Source of the DNA: Vicugna vicugna | Taxonomy: Eukaryota | Assembly: GCA_013265495.1 (NCBI GenBank) | Contig: MU057796.1 | Coordinates: 186,001-250,000 of the forward strand | Length of the DNA stretch: 64,000 bases | Direction of reading: 5' to 3' | Shown: piece by piece, positions 26,723-40,100 of the stretch | How the letters are laid out: every line of letters starts with the position of its first letter | How positions within the stretch are numbered: position 1 is the stretch's first letter | Notes under the pieces: model-generated | The model's input: the letters and a program-made list of their open reading frames with translations, nothing else | What the model was told of the DNA's origin: nothing | Databases searched by the model: none | Position numbers and translations under genes: made by a program

Positions 26723-28372
26723 TGACAGATGACTGGATAAAGTAAATTCTTCCTTTTAAAAATTCTCATGTGTTTATCAGGCTCCTACTTTGTTTCCTAA
26801 ACTAGCCAGCATGACTAAATCAGGCGTCTTTGCTATAGATAATGTGTACAATATTATCTACTCTACAATGCGCACTCATTTCTCTCATGATGGACAGTGC
26901 ATTTTGCACATAAAGCATGCATACACATAATCCTAGCAATAAACTGTGAATACAGCACTATAGTCCCATAGGCACAGAATTCCAAATGCTATAAACCATT
27001 TTGTGTGCAAAATATTCCAGTTGTTCTTTTTTTTTTTAAGTACTACCATACTATATACATATATTTCTTGGTTAATTTTAATTTGCCAGTCTTTTACCTG
27101 GAATTGTGTTCCAGTGATTTCACATTAATTCACTAGTAGTCATAAGAATTAAAAGTGTACAGCTCTGAGGATACCAGATAATTATTTTTGTGTGGCTTTA
27201 CAAAGACAACCTTACGGTTAAGTCACCATAATCATAATTAAATAATCATTTTGAGGCAGAAAATGGGTCTTACTCCCTGCCTGATACATCCTAGTGTCTG
27301 GTATGTGGTGATTAGGCACTCAACAGATATTTGTTGAATGAATGAATAAATTAAGTGATTTTTCTACTCACTTATTTCATCTAATGAACAGCATGAAAAA
27401 ATAGATCAGGATTGTATCCTTTAAAGAGTTGGGTGAATTTGGCATGAAGAATCGAGGGTAAAGAGAAGACAGTGTATTGTTAGCCCATCCCCTGGGCTCC
27501 ACCGTTTCCTCTTTCAGAAACCCTTGGGTCAAATTCCTCTACCTTCCATGGGGAGAAAGTTTAAAAGAGCTGGAATATGTTCCTGCACTTAATTTTCATT
27601 GCACCCCCTAATCAATCTCTAGGACCTGGATTTCCATCAAAGCCCTTTGGTTTGTTAAATAGATAACCAAGTAGAAAAAGATTGAGGCATAGCACCTGTC
27701 TGCTGTCCTCCCCGGGGCTCAACGTTTAATCAGTAAATAGTTAGGTACCCAGATACCTTCCAGTCATGTTGCTTTACCCAGCGTTCCTTGCTGATGAAAG
27801 CATTTTGTTATAAAAATACCTGCAGCTACTCTATGGTACTTTGTAGGTAAAACTTCCCTGGAGGTCGATGGCAAAAAAACTTTCCATGGGTTTCCTTCTA
27901 TCCTGTATTAGACCAGGGGCAGAGGCAGTTCTGTGATTATATGCCACCTGGAAATGTGGGTAGAGTTTTAATAGGAAGTAAAGTTATAGTAAGTGATTAA
28001 AAGGTATGGTGCCTTTGTGGATTAAAAGCCCAGACAGGAACACTTAAGTGCTGGTGTTGACTTTGGGTGCCTGTAACTGTCAAGAGCAGCCCCCTACGAA
28101 GCTCCCTAGGGTTACGTCCACCGCAGTCCATGGGCACTTCCTCAGGACTATGTTTCTGAAAGAGAACAGATGGTTAGGGGAGGGCCCAGACACAGAAGCA
28201 GATTCATCTTGTCAGGCTGTTCTCTCCCGGCAAATGACCTTAAGCAGGTCACAGTGGTCACGTGATGACAGTGTGGTTCAGAAGTGTCCTAGGGTAATGG
28301 CCATTCATTAACTCTTCCCTCTCAGGGTCCCAGGTGCTTCTTTTGGATAGGGTTATAGTAGCTTTGTTGTTG

Positions 28373-28394
28373 GTGTGTGTGTGTGTGTGTGTGT
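28373..28394. repeat. (GT)11 microsatellite
   Basis: Read directly. Confidence 0.9.
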
Positions 28395-29821
28395 ATTTTA
28401 ATAAAATGCCTTCTGTATGAATGCTAGTGAAGACTTACATATCTTCAAAAATATTTAATTGCTTCAGTGGGTTGTGGGCACTTGGACCATTTTATTTTTG
28501 TTTTCTCAAATAATAGAAATCCTAACTTTCAGGAGATGAATGGACAATCTTCCAGGTGGTCAAGTTTGTGTGTTGGTCCTGCTAGAAAGCCCAGTGTCCT
28601 AAAAGGGTGGCAGGGCAGAGTCAGTGCTTTAACTTGTGACCCTGCAATTAAAGCAGGCTGTGGGTTCAGAACCGTCTCCTTGATGCCTGAAAACTTCTGT
28701 TGTTGCTGTTTTCCTGGAAGCCTTGTTTTCAGGATGCTCTTCTTTCTGTGTGTGTTGTCTGTGCATCTTGTTGTGTGACATATATGTTCTTTTGTGATTT
28801 GCCCCCATTATAGAAGCTGAAGTCCTTGCCCTTTCAATACATGTGCAGCTCAGCAGACCTCAGAGAGTCTGTGAAAGGATGACCTAGTCAAACGTCAGCC
28901 TGACAACTATCTTGCTGTGAACACTCACATCAAAAAGCCAAAGTTGCCTGCATCTACCTCCGTGATTTTTTTTTCTGTTACTTTATTCGGTTTGTTTTGC
29001 CAAAGGCAACGCTTTTCCTAAAGCCATTTTCCCTAGCTGCCTGTCCTCTGAAAGGTTCGTACTTCTAGGTACAGTATTTCTTTTTCAGGCATTAGAACCC
29101 TGAAAATTCCCTAATCTAGGTACAGAATGGATGGCTGTTCTAGAATTGGTCTCAGGATTTTCTAGGATGCTCTGAGTTTGTCTGATGTCAGGTCAAGCTC
29201 TCTCTTCCATCCTGGACCATTTTAAAAGGAGGCATTGAAATGGAAGCCAATGAAAATCAGATAGTGAAGCTTTATTGTTGAAAAGAAAATACATATTATA
29301 TGTATTTATGTAGAAAATACATATATATGTAGCTATACTTGTTTAGTTTTATGTGCAAGGAATGAACACATACAAATGTGTGTATGTAAGTATGTTTGAT
29401 TTTATGAGCAAGGAATAAACATATATGTGTGCGTATAGGGTTTGATTTTGTGAGCACAGCCTTACTATTCTAGGAGGTAAGGTTTATTTCACAGTTTCCA
29501 GTGAAAACACATGTTCTATCAATGCCAAGCATTTTCTAACTTACCTACATGTCTAACTGTAAACAAATAGAGTTAGAAAGATTCTTCTTTAAGAATCATC
29601 ATGAGCCAGTTCAGGCAGTAGGGCAGGCTAAACGCTCACAGGAAACCTTCCCAGCGTAGTACAATAAAATAATGAATAAAATGAAAAGGGGACAAAATAT
29701 CACATTTTAAAATGCTTGGCTAAGCTGGTGGGAAAGTAAAGGATGTGCTCAGAGGGCAGAAACAAAAGAGAGAGCAGAGAAAATGAGGAGTAAGGGGTGA
29801 CCTGGAGCTGCTGTTTACCTA

Positions 29822-30235
29822 TTTTTTTTTTAAATTGAGGTATGGTTGATGTACACGATTATGCAAGTTTCTGGTGCACAACATAGTGATTCATAATTTT
29901 GAAAGGTTATATTCCATTTATAGTTATCATAAAATATCGACTATTTTCCCTGTGTTGTGCAGTATATCCCTGTAGCTTATTTAATTTATACATAGTAGTT
30001 TGTACCTATTAATCCCCTTCTGCTATGCTGCCCCTCCCTCCTGCCCCCTCCCCATTGGTAACCACTAGTTTGTTCTCTGTACCTGTGAGTCTATTTCTTT
30101 TTCTGTTATATTCATTAGTTTGTTATATTTTTTAGATTCCACATATAAGTGATATCATGTAGTATTTGTCTTTCTCTATTTCACTTAACATATTACCCTC
30201 CAAATTTCAGTCATTATGGCTGAGTAGTATTTCAT

Positions 30236-30275
<40 letters not shown>

Positions 30276-30765
30276 CACACTACATCATCTTTATCCATTC
30301 ATCTGTTGATGGACACCTGGTTGCGTCCATATCTTGGCAATTGTAAATGATGCTGCTATAAACATTGAGGTGCATGTATCTTTTCAAATTAGTGTTTTTG
30401 TTTTTTTTGGATATACACCCAGGAGTGGAATTGCTGGTTATATGATAGTTCTATTTTCAGTTTTTTTGAGACACCTCCATACTGTTTTCTATGTGGCTGC
30501 ACTAATTTACATTCCCACCAACAGTGTACAAGGGTTCCCTTTTCTCCTCATCCCTGCCAACATTTGTTATTTGTGTTCTTTCTGATAATAGCTATTTTGA
30601 GAGGTGTGAAGTCATACCTCATTATTGTTTTAATCTGCATTTCTCTGTTGATTAATGATACTGAGCATCTTTTCACGTGCCTGTTGACCATCTGTATGTG
30701 TCTTTGGAAAAAGGTCTATTTAGGTCTTATGCTCAGTTTTTAATCAGGTTGTTTGTTTTTTTTCC
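29822..30765 (-). mobile_element. L1 3' fragment with internal (GT)n at about 30238-30270
   Basis: Poly(T), antisense 3' UTR and ORF2 C-terminal sequence (cccaggagtggaattgctgg, cattcccaccaacagtgtacaagggttccc). Confidence 0.9.
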
Positions 30766-31087
30766 GATGCCTGGGGTTTCTTAAAGGGCCGAGTGAGAAA
30801 GAGCTGGGGCTGAATACGGTGGGAGATAAATTGGAGACACAGCCTCTGCCAGCACATAAAAGAAGTACTCCTCTCACTCACAAACAGTGGGTGGACTCAG
30901 TAAAAATTTGGCCCACAGAAGGAGTCTTTGGAGATTATATATCTTCCTCACTCTTGTCTTTTGGCGGAGGGGAGGCAATTGGGAAAAAAGTCTCCCATGG
31001 TAATCTATAACCACAAGCCTCCACTCACTGAGTTTAGGGGCCAGAATTCATAGCACTTGTGTGTTTTTAAGCCCCTCAAAAGTTTAA

Positions 31088-31378
31088 ACATTGACAAAAA
31101 GACAAATATGGTATGATCCCACTTGGATGAGGTACCTAGAGCAGTCACATTCATAGAGACAGACAGTAGAATGGCTGCCCTGGGCCAGGGGCAGGGGGAT
31201 GGAGGTGTTGCTTAGTGGGTGTGAAGTTTTAGTTTTGCAAGGCAAAAAGAATTCTAGGGCTTCATTGCACCACAGTGTGAGTGTACTGAACATGACTGTA
31301 CTTGACACTTCAAACTGGTTAAGATGGTAAATCTTATGTTGTTATATTTTACCACAGTAAAAAAAATTCTTTTTAATT
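31088..31378 (+). mobile_element. L1MA/L1MB-type 3' end fragment
   Basis: aaagacaaatatggtatgatcccactt...catagagacagacagtagaatgg...ggttaagatggtaaat; possible TSD AAAAGTTTA. Confidence 0.75.
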
Positions 31379-34125
31379 GAAAAGTTTAGTTTAAAGTAGT
31401 TTCAGGTTGGTAATACCCCCTAACTGTGTATAAGAAACAAAGAAAGCAAACAAACAAAAAACCAGGGAAAAAACTCTCCAACCCAGGACTCTCAGTAATT
31501 TCCAAGGAATCGAAGATCACAGTAATTATTTTATAAGGAAATAATGAATGAAGACCAGAGGAACCAACAAACTATGAAATCGGAGCAAAAAGACAGTGGA
31601 AATTAGATTTATTAATTACAAGATTAATACTGTATGCTTAATATTTTTTAAAGATGGAGTTGAAAACATGTTGAAGGAAAAAGAAATTATCAAAAGTAAC
31701 CAAGGAGATTTGAAAAGTAACCAAACAGAACTTATAGAAGGAAAAAAACCCTATAGTTTTTAATATTATAAACTAAATTGATAGGCTAAGCAGCAGAGTG
31801 ATGCCACTGGAGAGAGAAGTAGAAAATAGGAAGATAGATCCGAAGAAATTACAGTTCAAAGATGCAAATGGATGGAAACATGAGAGACAGGTAAAAAGAT
31901 ACTACATATATCAAGTTATACTTTATGATACAAATACTAGGAAATACGGATGAAACAATATTTGAAGAGGCAATGGCTGAAATTTTCCATAAATGATGAT
32001 AAAATATTCTCCTATGCAAGAATTCCAAGCATACAAAGTAAAAAAGAAATTCTCACTGAGATAGAGCACAGGGGAAATACAGACTACCAGAGACGAAGAT
32101 GGTAAAAAGTAGTCAGAAAGTAAAGACAGATTACTTCAGAGGAAGCACAATTAGTCTGAGCTGACATAACAGCAATGATATGTGTCAGCTGAAAATGGAA
32201 TAGCTTTAGAGGGCTTAGAAAGAGTAACTTCTAAATAGAATTCTCTATTCTAATTAATTATTATAAATTATTAAATTAAATTATCTCTTGAGAATGAAGG
32301 ACCAAAGGCATTTGCAGACACATGAAATCTAAGCATTTATCACCAAAACAGACCATCTTCAAATGATGTGCCTCAGGAAAAAAGTAATAATTCAAGGATA
32401 AAGATCTGAAATGTGAGAGGAAATGGTAAGCAAAGAAAAAAGCAAACAAAAAAAGTGAATCTAAATATACATTGACCATTTACATGTTTTATAGTAATAA
32501 AATAATGTCTAATCACTGAGACTTTTTAAAAAAAAATCAAGTAAACCCCATATCCTGGAAAATATAGCATAGAAGTTAGACAGTGAGTAATTGAGATTGA
32601 AGAGTTCTAAAGACTTTGTATTACTAGGAAGAAGGGTAAAAAATATTTACCATATTTAGCATTTTAAAAATTTGATGTGTTAAACATACATGCTAAATTT
32701 TCTACTATAACCACTAATAGGATATAAATATACATACCTTCTAAAGAAGTAAAGGGGATGAATAGAATATGGAGGTGAAAATAAAACAAAAAGAAATCAA
32801 GAAAGTTCAACAATAATAACTATGATGAAAGGAAAAAGTGAAATAAACATATCAATAAACATAATCAATATAAACAAACTGAATTTTCCATGGTAAAAAA
32901 AGAGAATGATTGGGTAAAACTTCAAACCCAGCCACATATTTTTTATGTAAGATGTATCTAAATTATAAGGACTAACACAAAAAGTTGGTATAGCCACACT
33001 AACATCAGATAAAACAGCTTTTAAAACAAAAAAAAAACTCTAGTACATTACAAAATGAAGCAGTTCAATATATGTTGATATAAGTTTCAGTTCATTAGGA
33101 AGACATAATTTGTATGCATGTGATAACAGAGCTTCAAAATATATGAAGTAAAATTTGAAATATGTACAGTTACTAAAAATCCACCAGGAGACATTTTAGC
33201 ATACTTCTCATAGTAACCAATAGATCAAGCAGTCAAAAAATCAGTAGGAATATAGAATATTTGAATATGATTAACAACTGTGGTCTAATGGATACAGAGA
33301 GAGCATTTATATAATGGCAGCAGAACACAATGTTTTTAAGAACCCAATACATATTTTTAAAAATGTAAAAAATATATTGTCTGTACTCTTTTGTATGTCT
33401 GATATACTTCACACTGTTTAAAAAGTATTAAAAATCATCCTTATTGATTAAAGCCTACATATATTCCATATCATACAAAAGGATATTATCAAATACATTA
33501 TTTTAAATTCAAATGAAGCTACCCAAGATCTCATAGCAAATGGTAGAGGCAAGATTTAAAAGCAGGTGTCTCTGGGTCCAAAGATTCTTTTCTTCACACT
33601 CTGATGGCATTACCTCTATGCCCAATCTCCAGATGCACTCTTCTATTTTAGCAGTACAACTAGAAGATTCTTAAGATGGCCAAGTATTGATCTCGATACC
33701 AACCCAGCTGCCAGCACAATTGCCTTTCCCTCGATGTCCCTCAGGTTCCCCATTAACCCTGGCTTCTCTGTTCTGCCCCAACTGTAACATGTTTTCATTT
33801 TTGTCTGGCCAGGACTTTACAGTATTTTTATTAAGATGAAGCATTTTATCAATATGTTCTGCAGGATCGTTAGTTTACTAAATAGCAGAATGTCGAGTCT
33901 GATGACCAAGACTTACCAGTCTGTTAATATGGCTTTATTCCATTTTGTACGATGGAAATAACTGTATTATTAGTCTCATTGATACTGTGTTAATTCCTTA
34001 ATCAGTTCAATCTAAAAGCCATCTGGCCTTGGCAATATTGTTAGGCTTCTTTATAAAATTAACCACAGCCAATGTCTGTTTCTATAGTCAATTATTTTGC
34101 TGACCTCTGCACATCTAATATAGCA

Positions 34126-34571
34126 TGAGGGGATTGAGTGGTGGGCTTCAAAAAGATAGTCCATGTTTTAATGTCCGGAGTTCCTGAAAGTGACACTATT
34201 TGGGAAAAGGGTCTTTGCAGATATAATTAAGTTAAGGACCTTGAGATGATCATTCTGAACTATCTGGGTAGGCACTCAGTCTATGACAAGTGCCCTTATA
34301 AGAAAAGACACAGACAGGCAGGAGGAGGTCACATGAAGACAGAGGCATAAATTGAAGTCAGGTGGCTGGCTACAAGCCAAAAATGCCTGGAATAACCAGA
34401 CACTGGGGAAAGCAAGGGAGACCCCTCCTGTAGATCCGTGGAGGAAGGGCAGCCTTGAAGACACCTTGATTTCTGACTTCTGGCCTCCCGAACAACCAGA
34501 GAATCCATTTCTGTTGTCTTAGCCTCCCAGTTTCTTAGAATTTGTTATAGTAGCCATGGTTAACTAAGACA
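34126..34571 (+). mobile_element. MLT1 (MaLR) solo LTR, MLT1B/C-like
   Basis: aaaagggtctttgcagatataattaagttaaggaccttgagatg...gacaccttgatttctgacttctggcctcc...aactaagaca. Confidence 0.85.
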
Positions 34572-35088
34572 GAATACCACCAAACAAATAATAGACTTAT
34601 TACTATTATTTTTTTAGCATTGACTTTTCCAAAATGCAGATGTTTCAAACCACCAGTCACAACAGCAAACCCAAACGTTTATGTCTGTGGTCTTCTTAAG
34701 GTAAAACCACTTTCCCTTCCCTTTATATTTGTAGATAAATTCATCTCTCTAACTACTTGCCAATCCTGAGCATGTGAAATTGGCAGCTACTGTGACATCA
34801 CATGACCTGAGACAAAGCAGGGACACTTACCATAAAGGGTTATGAAGGGTTAACAAAATTAAATGAAATTACTTATGCAAAATACCTGGGATCCTATCTG
34901 ACACAAAGTAGGGACAAAAATAGCATTGCTGACCTTTATTAATGTCTATGGTAAAACTTTATAAATAAATACTATCTTCCACGTAGTTAGTTGTTTTCTC
35001 TAGAATTTCATTGATCTGATGATTTTATTTATTTGGTCATCCATTAAGCATGTGATGGCTTGCAGCGATTTGTAGATGGTCTGCTTAC

Positions 35089-35354
35089 CTATCAAGGTGT
35101 GACATTACTGTTTTGGAGATGTCTGCACCAGCCTCTTGCAACACTCGGATAATCTGAAATGGGGCACTTCTGTTCCTTCCCGGATGGATAATAACAGGAC
35201 AGCCCAGCTGAGTCTGGGCATGAGCTGTTGCCTGCAGAACCTTTCTTTCACTCTCAGTCAGAGGCCAGGAGCAACCAATTTCTCCGATAACGCCACATTT
35301 GATACTGGTTCCATCAGCTCCATGAAGAATTTCATTGATGAGGACATCAGTAAG
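35089..35354 (-). CDS. PTER: Phosphotriesterase-related protein, second coding exon (266 nt)
   Basis: Acceptor cttccttag| at 35355 and donor TAG|gtaagc at 35088. Reads [88 protein letters not shown](R), carrying E169, H201 and H230. Confidence 0.97.
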
Positions 35355-36697
35355 CTAAGGAAGTGTGAGAATGAAAATCTGTAGCCTGCAGATTTTATCA
35401 ACACACTATGCGAATGAATTTATTCATTCAGTCAGTCATTTAAAAAAAAATATCTCCACTTTCATTCAGTTAATACTGGCCAATGAGGAAGGCATTTTAT
35501 TAGCCAAATCACAAATTCAACAAGTTACTCTAAATCAAAGATTCAATAGTATGTTACTGTGATTATTTAACAAGAAATTCAAGGCTTTAGGAAACTGTAG
35601 GGGAAAATGTAACTTAATGAGAGTACAATTCATTGTATATTCATTTGTTGAGATAAAAAATCTATAATTTAACCTAAGGGGCATCTAGAATGTAAAAAGA
35701 CTGCTTTTGAATCGATATCAGCCATATCAAGTAATTCTTTAATTTTCCCTTATTTATTTTGTCCTTGACCATCTTCAGCAACTCAAATTCATGGCATACA
35801 ATATACTAAGATGACATTTTTTGGCTTGTACTTATGTTTACTGCTAAGAGTGGTTACAAGAATGTGTAATTCCTGACAATCAGGATAGTTTTCAAATAAT
35901 ATATAAGAAGGAAAAGGCCTGACTGGGAAAAAAATGCAGCTAAAATTTTGATATATAAAGTATTTTAAGGATTTACTGATTCTTTGCAAAGACTGAAGCT
36001 GACATACTATGCCTATCAAACAGGCAATGGAAGATATAAAGGAAAGTATACATATATGAGTAAACACATGGGAATATATACTACATGTAGTATAGAAAGA
36101 CCACACACACATGCAAAAAAGCTTTGTGGCTTATTCTTTCTTTTTGTCCCTGAAAGATTTCCTTTTCCTTCTGCCCCTTCTTGCCTAAGATTTTATGATG
36201 ATAGAAACAGGAAAATGGATTTTCTCCTACCCCTCCTGTTTTGTAAAAGGAGAAAGAAACTTATTCACAAATGTGCCAAGTCTCTGCCTGCCAAGTTTCA
36301 GCCTACAGTGAATTTTTATTGCTGGTTATTATTAAATCCAGAAAGAAAATTGAGGTTGCATAACTGAAGTTTATAATGGAAAACTGAGGTTTACAAACAT
36401 GCTCTGCCACCACGACTGAGCGTGGATATGATATACATGAATCTAAGTACAAACATGTTGGGTTTTCTGGTGACCAGTGCATTAAGATCTCCTTCCTGGA
36501 CACTTTTTCTTTATGAAATGAAATGTTCCTAATTTAGGTTCCATTGACAGATGCCTCTGCTAGCAAATTTCAATAGTGTGCCTCTGAGCCAATGACATTT
36601 CCAAATGTAGATGACATGTAGGGATAACCCATGGACTGACATTCTGATTATTCTGAATTTGCATGCAAATATTGTCCAAGAATGTAGGGCTTTTTAC

Positions 36698-37129
36698 CTG
36701 CTCCACTGACATGGCTCTGGTATCTGAAGAGTGGGTTGCATCCACATAAAACCCAGCTCCTGATATGATATGGACTCCAGTCTCTTCTGCAAGCCACTTC
36801 AAAGTCTGCACATCTCGGCTAATCCCAGTGGTTGTGTTTTCCACCAAAGCTCCTCCACCTTTGGCTTTAAAATCCAACAATTCTTCCCTGATGGCTTCTG
36901 TCTCCTGATTCAACTGCAGATTCTCTTTATGGGAATAAGGGTTCTTCTGGATCCAAAATAAATTCTTCATCATAATAGGTTCCTTGGAGATAACTTCATA
37001 GCATGGAGCAGGTGGGTAGTAAGAGCAGTCGAAAGTCATTGTCAAATGTTCATGGGTCAGTGTACGACCCAGTTGGCCTGGCTCCACAAGGCCCAATACA
37101 GTTTGGACTTTCCCACTTAAGGAAGACAT
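36698..37129 (-). CDS. PTER: Phosphotriesterase-related protein, first coding exon (432 nt, 144 codons)
   Basis: ATG at 37129; [13 protein letters not shown]...RTLTHEHL (HxH motif H26/H28)...RAMSVEQ; donor CAG|gtaaaa at 36697. The four exons sum to 1050 nt, i.e. 349 aa plus stop. Confidence 0.97.
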
Positions 37130-37168
37130 TTCTGATGCTACCAGGAGATACTCTAAAAAGAGTGCTTT
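37130..37168 (-). other. PTER: 5' UTR part of the first coding PTER exon
   Basis: Strong acceptor ttttcttttttccag| at 37169, implying an upstream non-coding exon. A second AG at 37154-37153 is an alternative acceptor. Confidence 0.7.
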
Positions 37169-40100
37169 CTGGAAAAAAGAAAACTATAATCAGAAAATTT
37201 AACACACACCTAAATTCTGTCCATAGGGGATGTGAGGCTGTGAATGTATACCAGTGTAAGAGAGAGAATCAATGAACGTAGAGATACGATCTCACTTATC
37301 ATCCTGCCAAAGTCAGAGTCTGTGGCTTGTAAATTGTTTAAGTTCACTGCAGCTCTAAGTGACATGCGTGGTGTTAAATGTCTCCCAACCACTTCCGCTG
37401 GGACTCCTCCACCTGATTTAATCCCAAACTCATCTACTGGAAATATTTCTTGATATTCAGTTCACATTTTTCTTTTGCTTAATTTTATCTCATTAGTTAT
37501 AGCTAAGCTTCCTTGGGTAATTCAACAATAATCTCCATTAAAAAAAACTCTTCATAATCAATAACTTGTATCAAAAGCAGCCATATATCAGAACTGTTTC
37601 ATTTGTCATTTTCCAGCTAAATTAAATATACTAAGGCTACTGATCATCCCATTACTCATTTACTATCCAAGTGAACAAATTTCTGTTGATGGTCCACCAT
37701 GAAGAAATTGGAGATATAAAGAGGATTATGACAAAATCTCTGACTATGACGATTTCACAGATTATTCCCTAAAAATAACTGGGGGGTAAGCACATTTAGG
37801 CTTAATAATGAAAAAACAAAAACAAACAAACTTCTCCATTCTCACTGTTTTCTTTTGTCTAGGGCACACAGAAATATACTTCAAAAATACTTAAAAGCCA
37901 AAATTCATAGTCATAATGAAAGCGACTATGATTTACTGAAACTGAATCTGTTTTCTCTCAAAAGAGCAAACACCTCTCTATTTATCCTCAGTTTACTTTC
38001 ATTTGTAACACAAATTATGTATTCACCAAGTTTCTATCAGTGACGGCAAGGACTCCAATTCCAGTGCTCTTCATTTCCAAAGAGAAGGGATTTCACTTGG
38101 AAAGGAAAAGGGCGATATGGAAAGTGGTGCAAACAAACACCTACACAACCAAGAGCAAAACCACGGCCAGAGACAGTGGTCTGCGTGGAGGACCAATGAG
38201 ACACACCCAGAGGACGGCAGACAAAATGGGCTGCGAACTGAAGAAAAGACAGTGTCTTTCAAAGGTCTCCCATTGTTCCTTAAAAAGACATTCCAAAACC
38301 GTTTTCTCCCCACATCCCTTTGAAGGCCTTCCGTGATTTTCTGAGCATCAGTTGTCTCATCTGTAAACTAGAAGAATGCTCATTTCATAGCCTGCCACAA
38401 GAATTAAACTACATACCACAGGTGAAAAAGACCTATAAAAGTGTGTGGCACATAGCACACACCGTCATGAAACAGCAGTTTTGTTATTCTGGTTCTAGAA
38501 ACTACTATGTATTTCCTAGGTTATTTCTTTTCAGAGGAAGTGGCTGATTAGAGAAGAGAGCATTTGGGGGAGCACGAGGCGTAGGACAAATTTGTAATGG
38601 GTCTAGTGCATACATAAGACAAGGAGAAAAACAAATCACTGTGGGAGAAAGAAGGATATTGAGTTCTGGGCCAGTTTACTTCAAGCCACTGCAATTATCT
38701 GGGACTCAGATGTTTGACATATATTGGCCCGCAATGCATAAATGACTGAAGTTCATGTGGTGGCCATGAAGGAAGATGACATCTGTTTAGAGGTCGCCGT
38801 GTAGCTGCCAGTCACCACACAGGGCATTATGTTTTTCCATTGATGGCGCCTGGGAACTCATCGTTCAATGCCTTATTCCTTGTCACTGAGAGCAAGGCAT
38901 ATGTCGCTAGTTTCTTCAGTTGACGAAATAAAAGTACCATTAATAATAGACTCAATATTCCGTGTGGGTTCATTTGCGCTTTCCTGCCTTCTGGCTGATG
39001 GTCTTACACATGTGTTCCTGGAGAGCCACCAGGGACCAGAAAGTTGGATAAATTGATGAAACACTATCACTTTTACTAGAAAAGTATTTTCTGCACATTT
39101 CATTGATACAGATTTGAAAGAGCAATGTTGGTAAGTTTCACGCTCACAAGCTGTGAGTCTTTGTGAAAAAAAAATCACTTAAGAAATGTCATCTCCTCTG
39201 GGAAATTCCTCTAACACTCTCGGGCGGAACTCCTCGGTGCTTCCTATGATCACACACAATGGAAGCCATACTTAAAAGATAAGAAAAGATTAAAGAACAA
39301 ACTGTAGCCATCCTTGCTCTAAGCTAGCACGTGACTTTTAGTGGATAAAACATGCAAGCAGATTTCATAGTCCTGGGCAGGGAGGGAGCCCCTTTTGGTC
39401 TATATTCAGCCTGGAACATGTTCTCTTCTCCATCGACAGGCAAGGGGCTGTTAATGGCCTTCCACCACAGAGAGGAGAATTCACAGAGCACGGAGGACAG
39501 TAGTGGGCAATGAGAAGCACAGACCACAACTGTGCAAACAGGAGTGACCACCGACACGTAGAGGAGGCTTCAGGCATTTTAGAGTGTCCGTGGGAAGCTT
39601 CAGCACTACGTATACCTGCACAAAAGGCAATGGGGAAAGAGACAGCCAGAGCTAAAAACACACTTGCCACATGCTTTGTTTTATTTCAGATATGAAATTT
39701 GAGCTGTCACAGAGACTGAGGACAGTTGTAATTACTATTATAGCCTGATCAAAGGAAACAACTCTTCCAATTCCAGGGGTTATGGAATCAACAGGGAAAA
39801 AAAATAGAACATAGAACTTTATAGAGAACAAAAAGACAAGAGGAACAGAATCAGAGAACAGCATACCACCACTGAGCTGGAAACCAGAGACAATACGCAA
39901 GACTGGTCTTTTTTGAAAATATATGTGTAAATTAACTTTTGTAAAAAATACAGCAAATTGGCCAAATTGTTGGAGATTGGGTGGTGAGTGGGTAGTTTGG
40001 GAGCAATTTTAGTTTCATTTCACTGATATTTTTGTCACAGCTATTTCGCCTTCGCCATTATGATTAAGATTTTTCTGTCTACCTAGGTTGAATATCCATT

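Larger units (their letters stand above)
29600..33420 (+). mobile_element. Ancient L1M-type LINE remnant (5' region, ORF1, start of ORF2), interrupted by younger L1 pieces
   Basis: Strongly A-rich + strand with decayed ORF1-like (31600-32350) and endonuclease-region-like (32850-33330) sequence; no intact ORF. Confidence 0.6.

Noticed and set aside
34825..35088. Alternative donor ATG|GTAAGT at 34831 extending the PTER 266-nt exon by 258 nt
   Set aside because: The length is a multiple of 3, but the extension reads AGG TAA immediately, so it stops; similar orphan donors occur at about 20985, 29543 and 33915.
39483..39504. REST/RE1-like motif (gagcacggaggacag)
   Set aside because: Too many mismatches to TTCAGCACCACGGACAGCGCC at key positions.
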